Source: a virus
Lineage: Duplodnaviria > Caudoviricetes
Length of the DNA stretch: 64,000 nt
Virus record (IMG/VR): IMGVR_UViG_3300027804_000057
Location: 21,934-85,933 of that record
Strand: one strand, 5' to 3'
The notes under the pieces were generated by a model. It worked only from the letters and a program-made list of their open reading frames with translations. It was not told the DNA's origin and made no database searches. Of the stretch, positions 57,082 through 64,000 are shown one piece after another; the first letter of the stretch is position 1; the number at the start of each line of letters is the position of its first letter. The translations under genes and the position numbers were made by a program.

Positions 57082-57300
57082 ATGGAAACATACAAAATCG
57101 CAAAACAATTCGCTGAGGCTAATCGCCTTCCCCGTGCTTATAAGTACGATTTCTTCTTGCGAGAATTCGATGATATGGTAGAGGTCGTAGGTCTCATTGA
57201 AGACCCAACTCTTAACATGACCGAGTTTAATGGTCGTGAAATGCTTTACCCAAAACGTTGGGTGACTTTGGCCGTAGTGCCTGCTTCAACAAGGATTTAA
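57082..57300 (+). CDS. Hypothetical protein
   Basis: 72 aa, GGAG SD, directly after promoter. Confidence 0.65.
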   Translation: METYKIAKQFAEANRLPRAYKYDFFLREFDDMVEVVGLIEDPTLNMTEFNGREMLYPKRWVTLAVVPASTRI

Positions 57301-57301
57301 A

Positions 57302-57601
57302 ATGGCGGTAAAGTTAATTACTTTTAAAACAAATCAAACAATCATCGCCAGTGTTGTTTATGAAAATGATGAGAGAATCACAGTCAAAGAAACTGTGCAG
57401 GTAATTGTACAACCATCCAAAGATGGTCCAATGATGGGTTTCTCTCCTTTCTTGGAGTATGCACAAGAGTTTAAAACAGGTATTTCATTTGATGTATCTG
57501 ATATTCTTTGCATCACAAGTCCAATGGTAGAATTGGAAAATGAGTATAGTAAGTTATTTGGTTCTGGCATTCAAATTGCAAGTTCAATACCTAAGTTTTG
57601 A
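57302..57601 (+). CDS. Hypothetical protein (Sm-like beta pattern)
   Basis: 99 aa; KLI.F...Q.II; F.PF..YA; Y.K.FGSGI. Confidence 0.65.
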   Translation: MAVKLITFKTNQTIIASVVYENDERITVKETVQVIVQPSKDGPMMGFSPFLEYAQEFKTGISFDVSDILCITSPMVELENEYSKLFGSGIQIASSIPKF

Positions 57602-58079
57602 TTTTTTTCACACCATTACTTATAGCTATTTTGTGAGCATCCGAAAGTTTTTTACCTTTTAGAGTTTCACTTATTTGTTTCTTTTGTTTGTCTGAAATAA
57701 TTTTGCCTTTATGAGCTTGGCCTATTTTTTGTTTGTGTTCTTCGGTGAGTTTTCGTCCAATCTTTTTTTCGGACATAACTTTCTTGGACTCATTAGAATG
57801 TTTGTGTCCAGAGTTACCTTCACCACCAATGGTCATGTTGCATAATTTTATACCGTCATGTTTGTATTTGGTTATTAGGCCAATTTCAATAAGATTTGCC
57901 ACATCTTCAGACAAATACTCGTATAATAACTCCACAGAATAATCTGTTTTGTTAATGATATTTTGCCAATGTGTGTTACGATTTGTAGTCTCAAAGCAAC
58001 GGTTCTTTTTGCCTTTACCTACATAGAAGATTTCACCGGTATCGTTTCTTCGGTGTTGATATATGTAATAAATATTCAT
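57591..58079 (-). mobile_element. GIY-YIG homing endonuclease with NUMOD3-type repeats, antisense to flanking genes
   Basis: YYIY.H...TGE.FYVGKG; R; E..LI; N.T.GGEG; HS.ESK.KMS, LTEEHK.KI, LSDAHK.AIS. Confidence 0.9.
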
Positions 58080-58138
58080 GCTGATGATTCCTTTTTATCA
58101 TTAGAGTAGGTAGGGATTGCAGTCCCGTGACCTACACC

Positions 58139-58146
58139 TATTTATA
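58139..58146 (-). promoter_or_regulatory. T4-type late promoter for the minus-strand GIY-YIG gene
   Basis: Reverse complement TATAAATA about 60 bp upstream of the ATG. Confidence 0.75.
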
Positions 58147-58161
58147 ATTATGAAAGTTTAG

Positions 58162-60693
58162 ATGAATTATTATACTAATGTAGTTTGTGTTGGTAATAAC
58201 GTACTTTATCGTGGAGTTAAAGATTCACGTAGGGTTAAGATGAAAATTGCTTACTCGCCGACTTTGTTTTTGAAGTCTAATAAACCAACTAAGTTTAAAA
58301 ACTTAAGTGGTGAAGCACTTGAACCTATGAAGTTCGAATCTATCCGTGAAGCACGTGATTTTGTTAAGATGTACAATGAAGTACAAAACTTTGAAATCTA
58401 TGGCCAAACCAGATTCGAGTATGCATTTATTGCTGATGAACATCCACAGATGGTCGATTGGGACTTTGAAGACGTTGCAATTGATGTTATCGATATTGAG
58501 GTTGGTTCTGAAAATGGATTCCCTGATCCATATCAAGCCAACGAACCAATCACTGCCATTTGTATTACACGTGTTGGTGGTAAAACAATCGTAATGGGTT
58601 GTGGTGACTATATTAATAATGATGATAACGTTACATACATTAAATGCCGTGATGAGTATGACCTTTGCAAAACATTTATCAACCACTGGTCAAATAATTG
58701 TCCAGATGTTGTGAGTGGTTGGAACATCAAGTTCTTTGATATTCCATATTTGGTCAATCGTCTATCACGTATCCTTGGTGAAGATGACACAAAGAAGTTG
58801 TCACCATGGAATATGATTTCTGAACGCAAAGTTATGGCCATGGGTCGTGAAAACGTTGCGTATGAGTTGTTAGGTGTTTCGACACTTGACTATATTGAAT
58901 TGTACAGATGGTATGCGCCAGGTGGTAAATCACAAGAGTCATATCGTTTGGATAATATTGCGAACGTTGAGATTGGTGAGAACAAGATTTCATATGATGA
59001 GTATGATAACTTGCACCAGTTGTATCGTTTGAATTACCAAAAGTTCATTGAGTATAATATTAAAGACGTAGCATTGATTCTGAAACTAGACGACAAGTTG
59101 AAGTTGTTGGAATTGGCACTAACTCTTGCCTATGATACGAAGTGTAACTATGATGATGTATTTGCACAAACTAGAATGTGGGATGCAATGACATATGGTT
59201 ACTTGTTGAACCGTAATATCATTGTGCCACCAAAGGTTATGAAAGACAAAGATGCTGCTTTTGAGGGTGCTTATGTTAAAGACCCACAAAAAGGTATGCA
59301 TAGATGTGTCGCTTCATTTGACTTGAACAGTTTGTACCCACACTTGATGATGCAATACAACATCTCACCTGAAACATTGATTGAGCCTCAAGACTACACA
59401 CAAGATATGCGTGACATTATTATGCGTGGTGTAAGCGTTGATAAACTGCTGACTAAATCAGTTGACCTATCAAAGATGAGTGGATATACTATCACACCGA
59501 ATGGGCAGTTCTTTAGTACGACCAAACAAGGTTTCTTACCAAAGATGTTGGAAGAAATGTACATTGACCGTTCTAAGTTCAAGAAGATGATGATTCAGGC
59601 GAAGAAAGATTATGAAGTTGAAACTGATGAGACAAAGAAGAATGAATTAGATAAACGAATTGCTAGGTATAATAATCTACAACTAGCGAAGAAAGTATCT
59701 TTGAATTCGGCATACGGTGCCTTAGGTTCCAAGTATTTCCGATTCTATGATTTACGACAAGCTCTTGGCGTTACCTCTGCGGGTCAACTTAGTATTAAGT
59801 GGATTGAAAGTAAAATCAATTCTTACATGAACAAACTATTAAAGACCGACAAAGATTATGTTATCGCCTCAGACACAGATTCGATTTATCTCCGCCTTGG
59901 TGAGCTTGTTGATAAGGTGCATCCGAAAGAATCAAACATACAACAGATTATCCAATTCATGGATAAAGTATGTGAGCAGAAGATACAACCATTTATTGAT
60001 GAGAGTTACCAGGAGCTTGCTACGTATGTTAATGCGTATGCCCAAAAGATGCAAATGAAACGTGAAGGCTTGTCAGACAAAGGTATTTGGACTGCCAAGA
60101 AACGTTACATTCTTAATGTATATAACAATGAGGGTGTTCAATACAACGAACCACATATGAAGGTGATGGGACTTGAGATGATTAAGTCTTCTACACCGGC
60201 TGCGATTCGTGAGAAGATGAATACCTTAATTAAAATGGTGATGCTTGGTACCGAAGAAGAAGTACAAGAATTCATCCAAACCTTTAGGCAAGAATTTAAA
60301 TCTTTACCTGTTGAAGATATTTCTTTTCCAAGAGGACTTAATGGCTTGAAAACTTATTCTGATTCTGTTACAATGTATAAGAAGGGTACTCCGATTCATG
60401 TTCGTGGTGCCATCGTGTACAATCATTTCCTGAAGCAGTATAATTTGGACAAGAAGTATCCGTTGATTCAAGAGGGTGAGAAACTCAAGTTTACATATTT
60501 GAAAGTTCCAAACCACTTCAAAGAATCAGTCGTATCTTTCCCAGGTCGATTGCCAAAAGAATTCAATTTACAAGAGTATATTGATTATGACACACAGTTT
60601 GATAAGTCTTTCCTCGAACCAATCAAAGTGATTTTAGATTGTATTGAATGGAAAACAGAGAAGACTAATTCATTGGATAGTTTTTTTAACTAA
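58162..60693 (+). CDS. gp43: Family B DNA polymerase gp43
   Basis: DIEV exonuclease; SFDLNSLYP; K..LNS.YG; SDTDS; KKRY. Confidence 0.98.
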   Translation: MNYYTNVVCVGNNVLYRGVKDSRRVKMKIAYSPTLFLKSNKPTKFKNLSGEALEPMKFESIREARDFVKMYNEVQNFEIYGQTRFEYAFIADEHPQMVDWDFEDVAIDVIDIEVGSENGFPDPYQANEPITAICITRVGGKTIVMGCGDYINNDDNVTYIKCRDEYDLCKTFINHWSNNCPDVVSGWNIKFFDIPYLVNRLSRILGEDDTKKLSPWNMISERKVMAMGRENVAYELLGVSTLDYIELYRWYAPGGKSQESYRLDNIANVEIGENKISYDEYDNLHQLYRLNYQKFIEYNIKDVALILKLDDKLKLLELALTLAYDTKCNYDDVFAQTRMWDAMTYGYLLNRNIIVPPKVMKDKDAAFEGAYVKDPQKGMHRCVASFDLNSLYPHLMMQYNISPETLIEPQDYTQDMRDIIMRGVSVDKLLTKSVDLSKMSGYTITPNGQFFSTTKQGFLPKMLEEMYIDRSKFKKMMIQAKKDYEVETDETKKNELDKRIARYNNLQLAKKVSLNSAYGALGSKYFRFYDLRQALGVTSAGQLSIKWIESKINSYMNKLLKTDKDYVIASDTDSIYLRLGELVDKVHPKESNIQQIIQFMDKVCEQKIQPFIDESYQELATYVNAYAQKMQMKREGLSDKGIWTAKKRYILNVYNNEGVQYNEPHMKVMGLEMIKSSTPAAIREKMNTLIKMVMLGTEEEVQEFIQTFRQEFKSLPVEDISFPRGLNGLKTYSDSVTMYKKGTPIHVRGAIVYNHFLKQYNLDKKYPLIQEGEKLKFTYLKVPNHFKESVVSFPGRLPKEFNLQEYIDYDTQFDKSFLEPIKVILDCIEWKTEKTNSLDSFFN

Positions 60694-60702
60694 AGGAATA
60701 GT

Positions 60703-61761
60703 ATGAGTTTATTAGATAAAATTAAAAAGAACAGCACGATTAAAGACAGTGCTGTGCTCGCAACATCAAAGTTCTTTACCAAAAAAGATATGATTCCCAC
60801 ATCTATCCCAATGGTGAACGTTGCGTTGTCTGGTCGTTTAGATGGTGGTCTTACCCCTGGTCTTACCATGTGGGCAGGTCCTTCTAAACACTTTAAGACT
60901 GCTTTCAGTTTGCTGATGGCCAAGTCTTACATGGACAAGTATGAAGATTCAGTAATGTTGTTTTATGATTCTGAGTTTGGTACACCACAGTCCTACTTTG
61001 ATACATTTGGTATTGATACTGAACGTGTCTTACACACACCATTGACTGACATTGAGCAGTTGAAGTTTGATATTATGAAACAACTTGAGGGATTTGAACG
61101 TGGCGAGCATCTTATTATTGTTATTGATTCTATTGGTAATCTTGCGTCTAAAAAGGAAGTAGATGATGCACTTGAAGGCAAATCAGTTGCTGATATGTCA
61201 CGTGCAAAACAGGTGAAGAGTTTGTTCCGTATGGTCACACCACACCTATCACTCAAAGATATTCCAATGGTAGTTGTCAATCACACCTACAAAGAAATTG
61301 GAATGTTTCCTAAAGACATTGTTGGTGGCGGCACTGGCAGTTACTACTCTGCCGACAACATCTTTATTCTTGGTCGACAGCAAGAGAAAGATGGTACCGA
61401 ATTAACTGGCTACAATTTTATTATCAATGTGGAGAAATCACGATATGTTCGAGAAAAATCTAAAATCCCTGTCTCTGTATCTTTTGACGGTGGTATTAGC
61501 AAGTGGTCTGGCTTACTTGATGTTGCACTTGAATCTGGCCACGTAGTTAAACCATCGAATGGTTGGTACTCACGTGTCAATAAAGATACTGGTGAAATAG
61601 AAGACAAGAAGTTCCGTGAGAAGGATACTAATACCGAAGAATTTTGGTCTAGTATGCTTGTCAATGAATCATTTAAAGAATCTGTAAGGAAGAAATATGA
61701 AATCGCTTTTGGCAACATTATGGGAGAAGATTTCGATACGGCAGAAGCAGAAGAAGCTTGA
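60703..61761 (+). CDS. uvsX: RecA-like recombinase UvsX
   Basis: AGPSKHFKT; FYDSEFG; IDSIGNL; VVNHTY; GGGTGSYYSAD. Confidence 0.96.
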   Translation: MSLLDKIKKNSTIKDSAVLATSKFFTKKDMIPTSIPMVNVALSGRLDGGLTPGLTMWAGPSKHFKTAFSLLMAKSYMDKYEDSVMLFYDSEFGTPQSYFDTFGIDTERVLHTPLTDIEQLKFDIMKQLEGFERGEHLIIVIDSIGNLASKKEVDDALEGKSVADMSRAKQVKSLFRMVTPHLSLKDIPMVVVNHTYKEIGMFPKDIVGGGTGSYYSADNIFILGRQQEKDGTELTGYNFIINVEKSRYVREKSKIPVSVSFDGGISKWSGLLDVALESGHVVKPSNGWYSRVNKDTGEIEDKKFREKDTNTEEFWSSMLVNESFKESVRKKYEIAFGNIMGEDFDTAEAEEA

Positions 61762-62056
61762 GTACAAGTTTCTAAACTTACCTGAAGAAGACTCCACGAT
61801 GGTTGAAATTACCGGTGGTAAATATTCAGGTGTAGTATTCTCGTATGGTCATGTTAGATTTGAGGAAGGTGTTATGGGTCAACTACAGTTCACCTATAAT
61901 ATACACAATCCAGGTCAACATGGCCATGCAAGCTTGCTAACTGACCAAGAATATCATACAATGATGGGAGACATTCTCACAGATATTATTATTAATCAAG
62001 AAAGCCATAATGAACAGACTAGAACACTCGATTCTAAAGAATCTGATTTACAATGA
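61697..62056 (+). CDS. Hypothetical protein at the position occupied by gp40 in T4
   Basis: 119 aa; G.YSGVVF.YG.V.F.E; start uncertain. Confidence 0.6.
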   Translation: MKSLLATLWEKISIRQKQKKLEYKFLNLPEEDSTMVEITGGKYSGVVFSYGHVRFEEGVMGQLQFTYNIHNPGQHGHASLLTDQEYHTMMGDILTDIIINQESHNEQTRTLDSKESDLQ

Positions 62057-63401
62057 AACGTTTGCTCGTAAAGTTTTGCCGTTTCTCCGTACAGATTATT
62101 TCTCAGACAATACCGAAAAAGTAGTTTACAAAGAAGTTGATGAGTTTATCAACAAGTACAATAGTCTACCGACACACGAAGCACTCATCATTAATCTTAC
62201 AGAGAGTAAGAAGTTAACTGAGCAAGAAGTTCGCAATTCTATGGAATTGTTGCAGAATATCAATCAGCACAAAGATGAACCGACTGAGATGAAATGGTTG
62301 GTTGAACAGACTGAGAAGTTCTGCCAAGACAAAGCAATCTACAATGCCATCATGGAATCGGTGTCGATTCTGGATGACAAAGGTGATAAGAAAGCCAAAG
62401 GTGAGATTCCAAAGATTCTCAGTGATGCCTTGGGTGTATCGTTTGACCCTAATGTTGGCCACGATTACATTGATGATTTCTCAAATCGTTATGACCTGTA
62501 CCACAAAGTTGAGTCACGTGTTAAGTTTGACCTTGATATCTTCAATAAGATTACCAAAGGTGGTCTGCCAGTTAAGACATTGAATGTTGCACTTGCAGGC
62601 ACTGGTGTTGGTAAATCATTGTTCATGTGTCACGTTGCCGCAAGCTGTTTATCTAATGCACAGAATGTTTTGTATATCACCATGGAAATGGCTGAAGAAA
62701 AGATTGCTGAACGTATCGATGCCAACTTGTTGAATGTAACGATGGATGAACTGCATGTAATGTCTAAAGATGACTATGTTCGTAAATTTGGTGTACTGAA
62801 GAACAAGACACAAGGCAAGTTAATCATCAAAGAGTATCCAACTGCCGCAGCTAATGCACTCCACTTCCGTGCCTTGTTGCAAGAGTTACAGTTGAAGAAA
62901 AGTTTTAAGCCTGATATTATCTTTATTGATTATTTGAATATATGTTCGTCTTCACGTATCAAACCTGGTGGTTCTGTTAACTCATATACATATATCAAAT
63001 CGATTGCTGAAGAATTGCGTGGTCTTGCCGTTGAAGCAGGTCTGCCAATTGTAACTGCGACACAAACAACTCGGTCTGGTTTCACAAACACCGATGTTGA
63101 TTTGACAGACACAAGTGAATCATTTGGTTTGCCTGCGACTGCTGACTTTATGTTTGCTTTGATTAGTACAGAAGAACTACAACAATTGAACCAGATTATG
63201 GTAAAACAATTGAAGAATCGGTATTCTGACCCTAGTGTATTTAAAAGATTCATTGTTGGCATCGATAGGTCTAAGATGCGACTTTATGATACTGAACAAT
63301 CTTCACAGACCGATATCTCTGATTCTGGTCAACCAGATAAACCACTAAGTACATTTGGTAATAGAGAGCGCAGGAATAAATTTGAGGGAATCAAAGTATG
63401 A
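62010..63401 (+). CDS. gp41: Replicative helicase gp41
   Basis: LAGTGVGKSL; ITMEMAEEKIAERIDAN; IDYLNI; TATQTTR; SESFGLPATAD; QLKNRY. Confidence 0.97.
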   Translation: MNRLEHSILKNLIYNETFARKVLPFLRTDYFSDNTEKVVYKEVDEFINKYNSLPTHEALIINLTESKKLTEQEVRNSMELLQNINQHKDEPTEMKWLVEQTEKFCQDKAIYNAIMESVSILDDKGDKKAKGEIPKILSDALGVSFDPNVGHDYIDDFSNRYDLYHKVESRVKFDLDIFNKITKGGLPVKTLNVALAGTGVGKSLFMCHVAASCLSNAQNVLYITMEMAEEKIAERIDANLLNVTMDELHVMSKDDYVRKFGVLKNKTQGKLIIKEYPTAAANALHFRALLQELQLKKSFKPDIIFIDYLNICSSSRIKPGGSVNSYTYIKSIAEELRGLAVEAGLPIVTATQTTRSGFTNTDVDLTDTSESFGLPATADFMFALISTEELQQLNQIMVKQLKNRYSDPSVFKRFIVGIDRSKMRLYDTEQSSQTDISDSGQPDKPLSTFGNRERRNKFEGIKV

Positions 63402-64000
63402 ACTTGACAGTTGAACAAGGTGCTTATGTTGCCAAAGTATTCTCGGATTATTTCGATAAGTTTGGCCGCATAGATGAGTACATGCGTGAACAGAAACTGG
63501 CATCAATGTCAGAAAGACCATTCACGTTACCTGGATGTGGACCAGAAGAAGACTTGTTCTCCGATTTTACAATGTCACCGGCAGATATGGAGTTTGAGAT
63601 TGTTGAGTTGCCGCAAGACCGATGGGACATTTACCTTGATATGATATCGTCACATTCTAATATGACAAGTATACCCGGTCGTTGTCTGCGATTGGCAGTA
63701 CTTGAGAAGAAGACAGGAAAGTGGTGTGGATTCATTCGTCTTGGTTCTCCAGTCATCAACTGCAAGCCACGAAATCAAATGCTTGGACAAGTGTTTACGC
63801 AAGTCCAAGGCGGTGCTCAGAGGTTCAATCAATGTGCTGCTATGGGTTTTGTTATTGTACCTGCACAACCATTCGGGTATAATTACCTTGGTGGCAAACT
63901 TCTGGCTGCGATTTGTACCTCACATGAAGTACGTGAGATGCTGAATCAGAAATATAAAATGTCAATGTGTTTGTTTGAGACTACCAGTTTGTATGGTTCT
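63398..64000 (+). CDS. DUF4338-like protein, paralogue 2 (runs off the 3' end; absent from the ORF track)
   Basis: ATG 63398 overlapping gp41 stop: MNLTVEQG...GFIRLGSPVIN.KPRN...IVPAQPFGYNYLGGKLLAAIC...FETTSLYGS. Confidence 0.75.
   Translation, partial: MNLTVEQGAYVAKVFSDYFDKFGRIDEYMREQKLASMSERPFTLPGCGPEEDLFSDFTMSPADMEFEIVELPQDRWDIYLDMISSHSNMTSIPGRCLRLAVLEKKTGKWCGFIRLGSPVINCKPRNQMLGQVFTQVQGGAQRFNQCAAMGFVIVPAQPFGYNYLGGKLLAAICTSHEVREMLNQKYKMSMCLFETTSLYGS

Noticed and set aside
57593-58159. AAGTTT at both flanks of the GIY-YIG cassette as a target-site duplication
   Set aside because: A 6-bp AT-rich match is expected by chance in this genome
63448-63944. Three short ORFs listed at the window end
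   Set aside because: Overlap the open frame from 63398 that encodes the DUF4338-like protein
1-64000. tRNA genes, stop-codon reassignment, inteins
   Set aside because: No cloverleaf with T-loop in intergenic DNA; core genes are intact in the standard code; gp17, gp41, gp43 and uvsX have ordinary lengths

Overview
A 64-kb segment of a large T4-like (Tevenvirinae/Kyanoviridae-style) myovirus genome, almost all on the + strand, in the standard genetic code. No tRNA, CRISPR array or reverse transcriptase is visible. 1-20.8 kb is an accessory virion-fibre region: Ala/Asn-rich heptad-repeat fibres (one of 2896 aa), small beta-sandwich proteins, a six-LamG lectin-like protein, an Mtd_N-type fibre, and three tandem six-repeat propeller-like paralogues with constant scaffolds and hypervariable loops. 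20.8-36 kb is the T4 core virion module (gp13-gp23, gp67, gp68, gp3), with a Dps gene between the terminase subunits. 36-64 kb holds recombination, transcription and replication genes (uvsY, uvsW, gp55, gp47, gp46, gp45, gp44, gp62, regA, gp43, uvsX, gp41) mixed with auxiliary genes (def, cobT/cobS-like, glycosyltransferase, dNTP diphosphohydrolase-like, hsp20, dCMP deaminase, cytidylyltransferase, MazG-like, two DUF4338-like paralogues). Four free-standing homing-endonuclease-like genes are present; two sit beside duplicated ends of their host genes (gp62 3' end, gp47 5' end). The most notable observations are the variable-loop propeller array with an apparent fibre/adaptor/head grammar, the HNH-linked gp62 duplication, a ROSE-like thermometer and structured leader on hsp20, an H-type pseudoknot leader, and a consensus antisense sigma70 promoter before gp55. 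All family assignments come from motif recognition by eye, not database searches.
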